Origin: Escherichia coli
Lineage (GTDB): Bacteria > Pseudomonadota > Gammaproteobacteria > Enterobacterales > Enterobacteriaceae
Assembly: GCF_003334385.1 (NCBI RefSeq)
Contig: NZ_QOWN01000004.1
DNA: 64,000 bases
Strand: one strand, 5' to 3'
Positions 20,223 through 35,458 of the stretch are shown here, in pieces (position 1 is the first letter of the stretch; every line of letters begins with the position of its first letter). A program made the translations under genes and the position numbers. The notes beneath the pieces are model-generated. The model worked only from the letters and a program-made list of their open reading frames with translations. It was not told where the DNA came from and did no database searches.

Positions 20223-20259
20223 AACTTACTTTTAGTAAGTACGTACAAAAAGGTAAGTA
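20223..20259. promoter_or_regulatory. Inverted and direct GTAAGT repeats in the qorB/ytfH divergent promoter (candidate YtfH/HxlR-type operator)
   Basis: aacttact-ttt-agtaagt palindrome followed by acgtac and a second ggtaagta copy, just upstream of the ytfH start. Confidence 0.45.
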
Positions 20260-20263
20260 TGAA

Positions 20264-20644
20264 ATGAGTCAGGTTAGCCTGTCACAACAACTGAAAGAGG
20301 GTAATCTCTTTGCGGAACAGTGCCCGTCGCGCGAGGTGTTGAAACACGTCACCAGCCGTTGGGGGGTGTTGATTCTGGTGGCGCTACGCGAAGGTACTCA
20401 TCGCTTTAGCGACCTGCGGCGCAAAATCGGTGGGGTGAGTGAAAAGATGCTTGCGCAGTCGTTACAGGCGTTAGAACAGGATGGTTTTCTTAACCGTATC
20501 GCGTATCCGGTGGTGCCGCCGCATGTGGAATATAGCCTCACGCCGCTGGGCGAGCAGGTGAGCGAAAAGGTTGCTGCACTGGCGGACTGGATTGAGTTGA
20601 ATTTGCCCGAGGTGTTGGCGGTGCGGGATGAACGTGCGGCATAA
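20264..20644 (+). CDS. ytfH: HxlR-family transcriptional regulator YtfH
   Basis: 126 aa from MSQVSLSQQLKEGNLFAEQCPSREVLKHVTSRWGVLILVAL...; the track start at 20153 is an upstream extension. Confidence 0.9.
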   Translation: MSQVSLSQQLKEGNLFAEQCPSREVLKHVTSRWGVLILVALREGTHRFSDLRRKIGGVSEKMLAQSLQALEQDGFLNRIAYPVVPPHVEYSLTPLGEQVSEKVAALADWIELNLPEVLAVRDERAA

Positions 20645-20752
20645 CTGCCGGCTGCGCTTATCCGGCCTACGGTTCATGACTTGTAGGGCGGATAAGATGC
20701 GCCAGCATCGCATCCGACAAAAGTGCCGGATGCGGTTGATGATTTATAGGCC
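20645..20752. repeat. REP/BIME-like palindromic unit cluster
   Basis: gccggctgcgcttatccggcctac ... gtagggcggataagatgcgcc ... tgccggatgcgg: REP-type imperfect palindromes. Confidence 0.7.
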
Positions 20753-20766
20753 GAAAAAGAAGTGTA

Positions 20767-22710
20767 TTACTTACTCAAATCCACCTGATAAATCGCAAAC
20801 CCGATATCATCGGTCGCGACTTTATTCATCGGATATTGCCCTTTCTCTTTAATAAACGCCGCGGCTTTATCTGATGGAGAGGTTTCGAAACGGATATCCA
20901 GTTTCTTATCGCCAGCTATCGGTGCTAAACGCCAGTTGTTATCTGCCGCCGGGTGAATTTCCCCCGCACGTTTCGACTCATCAGCAATCCACGCTGCCAG
21001 CACCGAGCGGTTCTCATCCGGTGAAGCAAAAGCGATATGGCTGTCGCCCGTACCGGCAAATTTGCCGCCGTAAGCGCGATAGTTATTGGTGGCAACCAGG
21101 AACATGGCGTTCGGATCAATCGGCTTGCCATTAAAGGTCAGGTTCTTAATCCTTTCCGCATTGGCATTAACCATCTGGCACTCGCCGTCATAACGGGCAG
21201 GCTGGGTAACATCAATCTGATAATTCACACCATCAATCACATCAAAGTTATAGGTGCGGAAACCATCCCAGTTGATGAGTGACTGTGGTTTCGTGTTGTC
21301 AGGATCAATCTGGTTAAACTGTCCGGCGGAGCACTCCAGCCACTCTTTCACCTCTTTACCGCTGGCTTTCACCACAATCAGCGTATTGGGGTAGAGATAA
21401 AGATCGGCGGCATTACGGAAGGTCAACTGGCCTTTTTCCACCTCCACATAGCTTGCCGGATCATTTTTGCGACCACCAACTTTAAACGGTGCAGCAGCTG
21501 AAAGCACCGGCAGTTTTGCCAGATCCGGATCGCCCTGAATGTAATGCTCGACATACGCTTTTTGCGCGTTGTTCACCACCTGCACGGTCGGATCGTCCTG
21601 CACCAGCGCCAGATAGCTATACATATTGTCGGCGGATTTACCGATTGGCTTGCTGACGAACTGGCGTGTGGCATCGTGATCGGCTTTGAGTGTTTCTACC
21701 AGCTTGCTGTCTTCCGCCGCGAGGGATTTTTTATTGGCGATGTCGTAAATCGGCCGTGCTTCCGCTTTCGCCTGCGTCACCTGCCATTTACCGCTGTTAT
21801 TACTGAGTTGTAAGTCGACCACCCCAAGATGATCGCCCCACATGCCCGGCATTACCGCCGGAACACCATTCAGCGTGCCTTTCGCGATATCAGCCCCTTC
21901 GATATCAGCAAAATCTTTACCTGGGAAAACGGCGTGAGCATGGCCAAACATAATGGCGTTAACGCCAGGAATTTCACTGAGGTAATAAACTGAGTTTTCC
22001 GCCATCACTTTATACGGATCGGCAGATAGCCCGGAATGCGCCAGAACGACAACGACATCGGCACCTTTCTCGCGCATTTCAGGCACGTATTTGCGCACGG
22101 TTTCGGTAATATCATTCACCGTCACTTTTCCGGATAAATTAGCTTTATCCCAGCCCATGATTTGCGGCGGCACGACGCCAATATAGCCAATCTTCAGCGT
22201 CTGTTTTTTTCCGTCTTTATCGACCACTTCGGTATCTTTAATTAAATACGGTGTAAACATTGGCTGTTTGGTTCTGGCGTCAATGACGTTGGCATTTACA
22301 TAAGGGAATTTCGCTCCCGCCAACGCATTTTTCAGGTAATCCAGACCGTAGTTAAATTCATGATTGCCGAGTGTACCGACCGTATAATCCAGCGTATTCA
22401 GCGCCTTATAAACCGGATGAACATCACCTGCTTTTAATCCTTTCGCCGATATGTAATCGGCCAGCGGACTCCCCTGAATCAAATCGCCGTTATCGACCAG
22501 TACGCTGTTTTTCACTTCATTGCGGGCATCGTTAATCAGGCTTGCCGTACGTACCAGTCCGAATTTTTCCGTGGCGGTGTCTTTGTAATAATCGAAATCC
22601 ATCATGTTGCTATGCAGATCAGTGGTTTCCATGATACGTAGATCGACCGTCGCTGCATTCACACTGGCGGCAATCAGCGTGGCCAGGAGCGTTGCGCTAA
22701 ACTTAATCAT
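20767..22710 (-). CDS. cpdB: Periplasmic 2',3'-cyclic-nucleotide 2'-phosphodiesterase / 3'-nucleotidase CpdB
   Basis: 647 aa from [33 protein letters not shown]...; metallophosphatase plus 5'-nucleotidase C-terminal domain; start chosen at the second ATG, which has good SD spacing. Confidence 0.94.
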   Translation of the reverse strand: MIKFSATLLATLIAASVNAATVDLRIMETTDLHSNMMDFDYYKDTATEKFGLVRTASLINDARNEVKNSVLVDNGDLIQGSPLADYISAKGLKAGDVHPVYKALNTLDYTVGTLGNHEFNYGLDYLKNALAGAKFPYVNANVIDARTKQPMFTPYLIKDTEVVDKDGKKQTLKIGYIGVVPPQIMGWDKANLSGKVTVNDITETVRKYVPEMREKGADVVVVLAHSGLSADPYKVMAENSVYYLSEIPGVNAIMFGHAHAVFPGKDFADIEGADIAKGTLNGVPAVMPGMWGDHLGVVDLQLSNNSGKWQVTQAKAEARPIYDIANKKSLAAEDSKLVETLKADHDATRQFVSKPIGKSADNMYSYLALVQDDPTVQVVNNAQKAYVEHYIQGDPDLAKLPVLSAAAPFKVGGRKNDPASYVEVEKGQLTFRNAADLYLYPNTLIVVKASGKEVKEWLECSAGQFNQIDPDNTKPQSLINWDGFRTYNFDVIDGVNYQIDVTQPARYDGECQMVNANAERIKNLTFNGKPIDPNAMFLVATNNYRAYGGKFAGTGDSHIAFASPDENRSVLAAWIADESKRAGEIHPAADNNWRLAPIAGDKKLDIRFETSPSDKAAAFIKEKGQYPMNKVATDDIGFAIYQVDLSK

Positions 22711-22899
22711 CAGGGACATCCTTTTATCATCGGGAATACGAAAGAAAAGGGAGAATAAACGCCTTACTTATAGAACAGTGAAGAATGCCACAATTTTACG
22801 CTTTGAAAATGATGACACTATCACAGTTGGCGCATTCATTAACGATAGGGTATAAGTAAAACAATAAGTTAACACCGCTCACAGAGACGAGGTGGAGAA

Positions 22900-23640
22900 A
22901 TGTTAGATCAAGTATGCCAGCTTGCACGGAATGCAGGCGATGCCATTATGCAGGTCTACGACGGGACGAAACCGATGGACGTCGTCAGCAAAGCGGACAA
23001 TTCTCCGGTAACGGCAGCGGATATTGCCGCTCACACCGTTATCATGGACGGTTTACGTACGCTGACACCGGATATTCCGGTCCTTTCTGAAGAAGATCCT
23101 CCCGGTTGGGAAGTCCGTCAGCACTGGCAGCGTTACTGGCTGGTAGACCCGCTGGATGGTACTAAAGAGTTTATTAAACGTAATGGCGAATTCACCGTTA
23201 ACATTGCGCTCATTGACCATGGCAAACCGATTTTAGGTGTGGTGTATGCGCCGGTAATGAACATAATGTACAGCGCGGCAGAAGGCAAGGCCTGGAAAGA
23301 AGAGTGCGGTGTGCGCAAGCAGATTCAGGTCCGCGATGCGCGCCCGCCGCTGGTGGTTATCAGCCGTTCCCATGCAGATGCGGAGCTGAAAGAGTATCTG
23401 CAACAGCTTGGCGAACATCAGACCACGTCCATCGGCTCTTCGCTGAAATTCTGCCTGGTGGCGGAAGGGCAGGCGCAGCTGTACCCGCGCTTCGGACCAA
23501 CGAATATTTGGGATACCGCCGCTGGTCATGCTGTGGCTGCAGCTGCCGGAGCGCACGTTCATGACTGGCAGGGTAAACCGCTGGATTACACTCCGCGCGA
23601 GTCGTTCCTGAATCCGGGATTCAGAGTGTCTATTTATTAA
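22900..23640 (+). CDS. cysQ: 3'(2'),5'-bisphosphate nucleotidase CysQ
   Basis: 246 aa, [22 protein letters not shown]...[12 protein letters not shown]... Confidence 0.96.
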   Translation: MLDQVCQLARNAGDAIMQVYDGTKPMDVVSKADNSPVTAADIAAHTVIMDGLRTLTPDIPVLSEEDPPGWEVRQHWQRYWLVDPLDGTKEFIKRNGEFTVNIALIDHGKPILGVVYAPVMNIMYSAAEGKAWKEECGVRKQIQVRDARPPLVVISRSHADAELKEYLQQLGEHQTTSIGSSLKFCLVAEGQAQLYPRFGPTNIWDTAAGHAVAAAAGAHVHDWQGKPLDYTPRESFLNPGFRVSIY

Positions 23641-24187
23641 TTAATTTATGCAGCAGGTCCATCACTTGCTGCACCTCTTCCTGTGTGAGCGCCCCGTCTT
23701 TGGCCCATTGCACGCGACCATCCTTATCCAGCACCACTACAGCGGAACTTTCTTCATCCAGCTGCCAGGCACCGCGCGCGACGCCATTGCTATCGACAAT
23801 AAACTGCGACCAGGGATAAAGCTTTTTATTACTCTCCAGACTGCTGCGCACAAACATCCCTGAACCCGGAATCGCGTCGTCGGTGTTAACAATGGTGGTG
23901 GTCTGGTAGCGATCGTGCGGTAACTTCGCTGATTTAATCGCTTCAATCAGCGTCGCGTTTTTCTCTTTTGCAGAGGTGCGACCAGCAATATGTTGCAGTA
24001 CTCGCACTTTTCCCACTAACTGTGCGCTGTTCCAGGTTTTGTAGCTAAACTGATCTTTATCAAGCACCAACTCGCCTCGATCGGTAATGCCAATCGGCGG
24101 CACTCGCTGACCGGTTTCGAACTGATGTGCGGAAGCCATCATCGGCAACAGCAGGCAGGTGAGTGCCAGAATCTTGCGTAGGGTCAT
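23630..24187 (-). CDS. ytfJ: Periplasmic protein YtfJ
   Basis: 185 aa with signal peptide [20 protein letters not shown]; 3' end overlaps the cysQ 3' end by 11 bp. Confidence 0.9.
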   Translation of the reverse strand: MTLRKILALTCLLLPMMASAHQFETGQRVPPIGITDRGELVLDKDQFSYKTWNSAQLVGKVRVLQHIAGRTSAKEKNATLIEAIKSAKLPHDRYQTTTIVNTDDAIPGSGMFVRSSLESNKKLYPWSQFIVDSNGVARGAWQLDEESSAVVVLDKDGRVQWAKDGALTQEEVQQVMDLLHKLINK

Positions 24188-24511
24188 GGTGTTTCCTTCT
24201 TATGATATGCAGGTGATCCGACCACTTGGGTCTGAGTTTTAATCATATGTGCTATTTATCGAATTTCCCGCAAGTGTGATGCCAGTTTGCGGTCAAGCGC
24301 ACAAATCATATGAAAAATGAATGCTTATACTGAAGACCGCGCTTCGGTAAAAAGATAATTCTGAATAATTGTAACCTTTAGGTAAAAAAAGTTATACGCG
24401 GTGGAAACATTGCCCGGATAGTCTATAGTCACTAAGCATTAAAATTTGCGCCTCATAATAGTTGGGCCGATTGTGGCACCGCACAGGCGTAATACTCAGC
24501 AGGAGATAACA

Positions 24512-24718
24512 ATGAAAATTTTCCAACGGTACAACCCACTTCAGGTGGCGAAGTACGTAAAGATCCTGTTCCGTGGACGGTTATACATCAAGGACGTTGG
24601 CGCTTTTGAATTTGATAAGGGTAAGATTCTTATCCCAAAAGTGAAGGATAAGCTGCATTTGTCAGTGATGTCCGAAGTTAACCGTCAGGTTATGCGTCTG
24701 CAAACAGAGATGGCTTAA
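24512..24718 (+). CDS. ytfK: Small protein YtfK (DUF1107)
   Basis: 68 aa from [34 protein letters not shown]...; AGGAGA RBS; the track start is an upstream extension. Confidence 0.9.
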
Positions 24719-24741
24719 CCAAAGTGCTATGCAGTAATAAG

Positions 24742-24770
24742 ACGGCTCCTGATTCAGGAGCCGTTGATGT
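24742..24770. terminator. Bidirectional terminator between ytfK and ytfL
   Basis: acggctcctga-t-tcaggagccgt stem-loop. Confidence 0.65.
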
Positions 24771-24779
24771 TTCTGGGGG

Positions 24780-26123
24780 TTACGCGACGCTTTCTTCTTT
24801 ATCTTTAGCGTCAGGCAGTTTTGGCGAAAGGGCGGTGGCCTTGCTGTCGATCCGGGTCACCAGCAGCTGGTCGATGCGGTAGTTATCGATATCCACCACT
24901 TCAAATTTGTAGCCGGCGAATTTCACCGAATCGGTGCGTTTCGGGATCTTACGCAGCATAAACATCATAAAGCCGCCGATGGTTTCGTAGTTGCCCGACT
25001 GCGGGAACTCGTCAATATCCAGCACGCGCATGACGTCGTCAATTGGGGTGCCGCCGTCAATCAGCCATGAGTTCTCATCACGGGCGACAATCTGCTCTTC
25101 CAGCCCCTGACCGACTAGATCGCCCATCAGCGTGGTCATCACGTCATTGAGGGTGATGATCCCCACCACCAGCGCGTACTCGTTCATGATCACCGCGAAG
25201 TCTTCACCTGCGGTTTTAAAACTTTCCAACGCCTCTGAAAGGGTTAACGTATCCGGCACAATCAGCGTGTTGCGAATTTGTACGCCGCTGTTCAGTGCCA
25301 GGCTTTGGTTAGCCAGCACGCGGTTCAGCAGGTCTTTAGAATCGACATAGCCGATGATGTGGTCAATATCTTCATTACAGACGAGGAACTTAGAGTGCGG
25401 ATGTTCCGCCACCTTATTCTTCAGGCTTTGCTCATCTTCGTGGAGATCAAACCAAATCACGTTTTCACGCGGTGTCATTGACGACGGAACGGTACGGGAT
25501 TCCAGCTCAAAGACGTTTTCAATCAGCTCGTGTTCCTGTTTACGTAACACGCCCGCCAGCGCACCGGCTTCCACTACCGCGTAGATGTCATCAGAAGTGA
25601 TGTCATCTTTACGTACCATTGGCAGTTTGAAAATACGGAAGATTATGTTCGCCAGTCCGTTGAAGAACCACACCAGCGGGGTGCAAACGTACAGGCAGAA
25701 GCGCATCGGGTTGATGATACGCAAAGCGACAGCTTCTGGCGCAATCATACCGATGCGTTTCGGGGTTAAATCCGCAAACAGGATAAACATGCCAGTCACT
25801 AACGAGAAAGAGAGAATAAAGCTCAGTTGCTCAGAGAGCTCTGCCGACATATAGCGGGAGAACAGGCTGTGAAAAGCTGGAGAAAATGCCGCATCACCGA
25901 CGATACCGCCGAGAATCGCCACTGCGTTCAGACCGATTTGGACCACGGTAAAGAACATGCCGGGATTTTCCTGCATATTCAGAACGCGTTGGGCATTTAT
26001 ATTGCCTTCATCAGCCAGCAGTTTAAGTTTGATTTTGCGTGAGGCGGCAAGTGAGATCTCGGACATCGAGAAGAACGCACTTACAGCGATCAAGCAGAGT
26101 ATGACTAAAATACTGTTTAACAT
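24780..26123 (-). CDS. ytfL: UPF0053 inner-membrane protein YtfL (CNNM/DUF21 transmembrane domain, CBS pair, CorC_HlyC domain)
   Basis: 447 aa, MLNSILVILCLIAVSAFFSMSEISLAASRKIKLKLLADEGN... Confidence 0.93.
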   Translation of the reverse strand: MLNSILVILCLIAVSAFFSMSEISLAASRKIKLKLLADEGNINAQRVLNMQENPGMFFTVVQIGLNAVAILGGIVGDAAFSPAFHSLFSRYMSAELSEQLSFILSFSLVTGMFILFADLTPKRIGMIAPEAVALRIINPMRFCLYVCTPLVWFFNGLANIIFRIFKLPMVRKDDITSDDIYAVVEAGALAGVLRKQEHELIENVFELESRTVPSSMTPRENVIWFDLHEDEQSLKNKVAEHPHSKFLVCNEDIDHIIGYVDSKDLLNRVLANQSLALNSGVQIRNTLIVPDTLTLSEALESFKTAGEDFAVIMNEYALVVGIITLNDVMTTLMGDLVGQGLEEQIVARDENSWLIDGGTPIDDVMRVLDIDEFPQSGNYETIGGFMMFMLRKIPKRTDSVKFAGYKFEVVDIDNYRIDQLLVTRIDSKATALSPKLPDAKDKEESVA

Positions 26124-26297
26124 ATCTTATCCGACCTTTCAGGCCAGATCCTCGGAAGGGGAAGTTGATTAATTTGTGTGAAATACACATTGAAAGCCGA
26201 TTCGAAGAAAGTGAACCGGCATTTTCAGTGGCTAGTATAGCGTAAGGTACTGTAAAGTCGCCAGAGGGTTAAAATTCAGACTGCTGATAAATGCAAT

Positions 26298-26402
26298 ACT
26301 GCCTGATGCGCTATGCCAATCAGGCCTACGCAGTCCTTGCAATATATTGAATTTGGACGATTTTGTAGGCCTGGTAAGGCGTTTACGCCGCATCTGGCAT
26401 AA
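26298..26402. repeat. REP/BIME cluster between ytfL and msrA
   Basis: tgcctgatgcgctatgccaatcaggcctacg ... gtaggcctggtaaggcgtttacgccgcatctggca: inverted REP units. Confidence 0.75.
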
Positions 26403-26445
26403 ATAAAGCGCACTTTATCAACAATCTACATTTGTACCCGTAACG

Positions 26446-27084
26446 CTATGCTTCCGGTGGCAGACAGACGCCAATTCCGCCAATTCCACAGTAACCATAC
26501 GGGTTTTTATGCAGATATTGCTGGTGGTCATCTTCGGCATAATAAAACGGTGTGGCGTTAGCGATTTCCGTGGTGATGTGACGATCATCATCGGCGGCAA
26601 GCATCGTCGCCTGAAAACGTTCCAGACTGGCGCGAGCTGCGGCATCCTGTTCTGGGGTCAGCGGATAAATCGCTGAACGATACTGCGTGCCGTGGTCATT
26701 GCCCTGACGCATTCCCTGGGCGGGATCGTGATTCTCCCAAAATACCTGTAGCAACTGCTCATAGCTGATGACGGAAGGATCGTAAACAATGCGTACCGCT
26801 TCGGCATGACCCGTATCACCGGAGCACACTTCCCGATAAGTCGGATTTGGCGTATAGCCTCCGGTATAGCCTGCGGCGGTGCTGTAAACGCCGGGTAACT
26901 GCCAGAACAGACGCTCCACACCCCAGAAACAACCCATCGCAAAAATGGCAATCTCCATTCCGTCAGGTACATTGGTCATTGAGTGACCGTTGACCGCATG
27001 CAGCGTGGCTACGGGCATCGGGGTGTTACGTCCAGGCAGGGCATCGGCGGGGGAAACCAGATGCTTTTTATCAAATAAACTCAT
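26446..27084 (-). CDS. msrA: Peptide methionine sulfoxide reductase MsrA
   Basis: 212 aa from [36 protein letters not shown]...GCFWG...; the track start is an upstream extension. Confidence 0.95.
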   Translation of the reverse strand: MSLFDKKHLVSPADALPGRNTPMPVATLHAVNGHSMTNVPDGMEIAIFAMGCFWGVERLFWQLPGVYSTAAGYTGGYTPNPTYREVCSGDTGHAEAVRIVYDPSVISYEQLLQVFWENHDPAQGMRQGNDHGTQYRSAIYPLTPEQDAAARASLERFQATMLAADDDRHITTEIANATPFYYAEDDHQQYLHKNPYGYCGIGGIGVCLPPEA

Positions 27085-27247
27085 GGTGTCGCTCTCCCGA
27101 AAATCGGTCATTGGGGTTAAGGTTGTAACAAGAGGCGTATTTGCACACAATAACCACCGTGAATAGGTCTAAAGTAAAACATAAGAAATATTTGGGGTTT
27201 AGTCTGCTTTTTAATCCATATTACTGGATTTTTGTTAAGCCGTTTAA

Positions 27248-32799
<5,552 letters not shown>

Positions 32800-32801
32800 C
32801 A

Positions 32802-33143
32802 ATGCGAATATTTGTCTACGGCAGTTTACGCCACAAACAAGGCAACAGTCACTGGATGACCAATGCCCAGTTACTGGGCGATTTCAGTATCGATAACTAC
32901 CAGTTGTATAGCCTGGGCCACTATCCAGGCGCAGTTCCGGGGAACGGAACAGTACACGGTGAAGTTTATCGTATTGACAACGCCACGCTGGCCGAACTTG
33001 ATGCCTTGCGCACCAGGGGCGGTGAATACGCGCGCCAGTTGATTCAGACGCCGTACGGGAGTGCATGGATGTACGTTTATCAACGACCCGTCGATGGATT
33101 AAAGCTAATTGAAAGCGGCGACTGGTTAGACAGGGATAAGTAA
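32802..33143 (+). CDS. ytfP: Gamma-glutamylcyclotransferase-family protein YtfP
   Basis: 113 aa, MRIFVYGSLRHKQGNSHWM... Confidence 0.9.
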   Translation: MRIFVYGSLRHKQGNSHWMTNAQLLGDFSIDNYQLYSLGHYPGAVPGNGTVHGEVYRIDNATLAELDALRTRGGEYARQLIQTPYGSAWMYVYQRPVDGLKLIESGDWLDRDK

Positions 33144-33151
33144 TAATAAAA

Positions 33152-33182
33152 GCACGCCACCTTCGGGTGGCGTTGTTTTATG
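33152..33182 (+). terminator. Rho-independent terminator after ytfP (tamAB-ytfP operon)
   Basis: acgccacc-ttcg-ggtggcgt followed by tgtttta. Confidence 0.8.
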
Positions 33183-33467
33183 CGATGTATCTCGCGATTT
33201 TTTTTTGTAACTTTTCCATCTTTTGCTTTTCTCTCCGAGCCGCTTTCCATATCTGCAATCGCATAAAAAACTCTGCTGGCGTTCACAAATGTGCAGGGGT
33301 AAAACGGGGGCACGCTTTGAACGGTGAGTATGAGTGAGGTCGGCTAACTTCCAGCAAGTGGCTATGAACAGCAAAATGGTGGTCGGGTTTGCTTGTTCTT
33401 ACCGTTCAAGCCTTGCAACCGCTGAGAATAATGATGGTGGAATAGAGAGTTTATTTATCGCGGGCAT

Positions 33468-33510
33468 AAAAAAACCCTTACTAACCGAAGCCCGGCGTTC
33501 AGGGTTATTG
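33468..33510 (-). terminator. Rho-independent terminator of ppa
   Basis: On the minus strand: aaccctgaacgccgggcttcggttagtaagggttttttt, a stem plus T-run directly after the ppa stop. Confidence 0.7.
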
Positions 33511-33522
33511 CGCTAGAAGAAC

Positions 33523-34053
33523 TTATTTATTCTTTGCGCGCTCGAAGGAAGCAACGATTTCAGCTTTAGCGGCTTCTGCGTTTTCCCAACCTTCAACTTT
33601 CACCCACTTGCCTTTTTCGAGGTCTTTGTAGTGCTCGAAGAAGTGAGCGATCTGCGCTTTCAGCAGCTCTGGCAGATCGTTAACGTCTTTAATGTGATCG
33701 TATTCTTTGCTCAGCTTTGTGTGCGGAACAGCAATCAGTTTCGCATCTTCACCGGCTTCGTCGGTCATTTTCAGAACGCCAACCGGACGGCAACGGATCA
33801 CAGAACCCGGCTGCAGCGGGTACGGAGTCGGGACCAGTACGTCAACCGGGTCACCGTCCAGAGACAGGGTGTGGTTGATGTAACCGTAGTTGCACGGATA
33901 GAACATCGCGGTGGACATGAAGCGGTCAACGAACAGTGCGCCGCTCTCTTTGTCGATTTCGTATTTGATCGGATCTGCGTTAGCCGGGATCTCAATAACA
34001 ACGTAGATGTCTTCCGGCAGATCTTTACCCGCAGGGACGTTGAGTAAGCTCAT
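33523..34053 (-). CDS. ppa: Inorganic pyrophosphatase
   Basis: 176 aa, [38 protein letters not shown]... Confidence 0.97.
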   Translation of the reverse strand: MSLLNVPAGKDLPEDIYVVIEIPANADPIKYEIDKESGALFVDRFMSTAMFYPCNYGYINHTLSLDGDPVDVLVPTPYPLQPGSVIRCRPVGVLKMTDEAGEDAKLIAVPHTKLSKEYDHIKDVNDLPELLKAQIAHFFEHYKDLEKGKWVKVEGWENAEAAKAEIVASFERAKNK

Positions 34054-34362
34054 GTCTGTTTCCTTTAAAAATATGTGGCAAACAAGTGCCGAGTATTATA
34101 GCCAACTCGCGCCGAATGTCTTCGCTTGTTTTCGTCTTCATTTTCCTTTTTCGCCAATTTTAAGACGGTATACAGAGCAGGAAAATCCATAACCGTAGCC
34201 GCATTTTTCATAGTGAGATGAAAGCGATTACAAACTTGTGATTAACGTTTTATTTACTTCTTTGAAGTGTGATGTAACGCAATCCGTTACATAACGAATT
34301 GTCTATAGTTTTTTCGCGAACATCTTTTCACCAATAATAATTACCCCGACGAGGACAACCCT

Positions 34363-35319
34363 ATGTGGAAACGCTTACTTGTAGTCTCTGCAGTCTCGGC
34401 AGCCATGTCGTCTATGGCGTTGGCCGCTCCATTAACCGTAGGATTTTCGCAGGTCGGATCGGAATCTGGCTGGCGCGCCGCAGAAACCAATGTGGCGAAA
34501 AGTGAGGCCGAAAAACGCGGAATTACGCTGAAAATTGCCGATGGTCAGCAAAAGCAGGAAAACCAGATTAAAGCGGTACGTTCCTTCGTCGCGCAAGGGG
34601 TGGATGCGATCTTTATCGCTCCGGTGGTTGCGACTGGTTGGGAACCGGTATTAAAAGAGGCGAAAGATGCCGAAATCCCGGTCTTCTTGCTCGATCGTTC
34701 TATTGATGTGAAAGACAAATCTCTCTATATGACCACCGTCACTGCCGACAACATTCTCGAAGGCAAGTTGATTGGTGACTGGCTGGTAAAAGAAGTGAAT
34801 GGCAAACCATGCAACGTGGTGGAGCTGCAGGGCACTGTTGGGGCCAGCGTCGCCATTGACCGTAAGAAAGGCTTTGCCGAAGCCATTAAGAATGCGCCAA
34901 ATATCAAAATTATCCGCTCGCAGTCAGGTGACTTCACCCGCAGTAAAGGCAAAGAAGTCATGGAGAGCTTTATCAAAGCGGAAAACAACGGCAAAAACAT
35001 CTGCATGGTTTACGCCCATAACGACGACATGGTGATTGGTGCAATTCAGGCAATTAAAGAAGCGGGCCTGAAACCAGGCAAAGATATTCTGACAGGTTCT
35101 ATCGACGGCGTACCGGATATCTACAAAGCGATGATTGATGGCGAAGCGAACGCCAGTGTTGAACTGACGCCGAATATGGCAGGTCCCGCCTTCGACGCGC
35201 TGGAGAAATACAAAAAAGACGGCACCATGCCTGAAAAGCTGACGCTGACCAAATCCACCCTTTATCTGCCTGATACCGCAAAAGAAGAGTTAGAGAAGAA
35301 GAAAAATATGGGGTATTGA
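34363..35319 (+). CDS. ytfQ: Galactofuranose ABC transporter periplasmic binding protein YtfQ
   Basis: 318 aa with signal peptide; LacI/periplasmic sugar-binding fold; first gene of ytfQRT-yjfF. Confidence 0.93.
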   Translation: MWKRLLVVSAVSAAMSSMALAAPLTVGFSQVGSESGWRAAETNVAKSEAEKRGITLKIADGQQKQENQIKAVRSFVAQGVDAIFIAPVVATGWEPVLKEAKDAEIPVFLLDRSIDVKDKSLYMTTVTADNILEGKLIGDWLVKEVNGKPCNVVELQGTVGASVAIDRKKGFAEAIKNAPNIKIIRSQSGDFTRSKGKEVMESFIKAENNGKNICMVYAHNDDMVIGAIQAIKEAGLKPGKDILTGSIDGVPDIYKAMIDGEANASVELTPNMAGPAFDALEKYKKDGTMPEKLTLTKSTLYLPDTAKEELEKKKNMGY

Positions 35320-35324
35320 GGGTT

Positions 35325-35435
35325 GCTATGCCTGATGCCGATTCGTAGGCCGGATAAGGCGCTCGCGCCGCATCCGGCGGTGGTGCGCTGAAGCCTGATG
35401 CGACGCTTACCGCGTCTTATCATGCCTACTGGGAG
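35325..35435. repeat. REP/BIME cluster between ytfQ and ytfR
   Basis: gcctgatgccgattcgtaggccggataaggcgctcgcgccgcatccggcgg ... gcctgatgcgacgcttaccgcgtcttatcatgcctac. Confidence 0.75.
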
Positions 35436-35458
35436 CACGCTTTACACCGGGGGAAACC

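Noticed and set aside
20645-20752. REP/BIME clusters considered as possible CRISPR arrays
   Set aside because: The repeats are imperfect palindromes of variable sequence without regularly spaced identical repeats or unique spacers, and no cas genes are present.
24188-24511. Possible Pho box or other regulator site in the long ytfK upstream region
   Set aside because: I could not identify a convincing match to the Pho-box consensus or another operator by eye; a position weight matrix scan is needed.
33080-33516. Short ORFs (60-82 aa) in the ytfP-ppa gap as possible replacements for the missing chpSB toxin-antitoxin
   Set aside because: They overlap the ytfP and ppa terminator hairpins, have no RBS, and their translations resemble neither MazE/MazF-type nor any other toxin or antitoxin I recognise.
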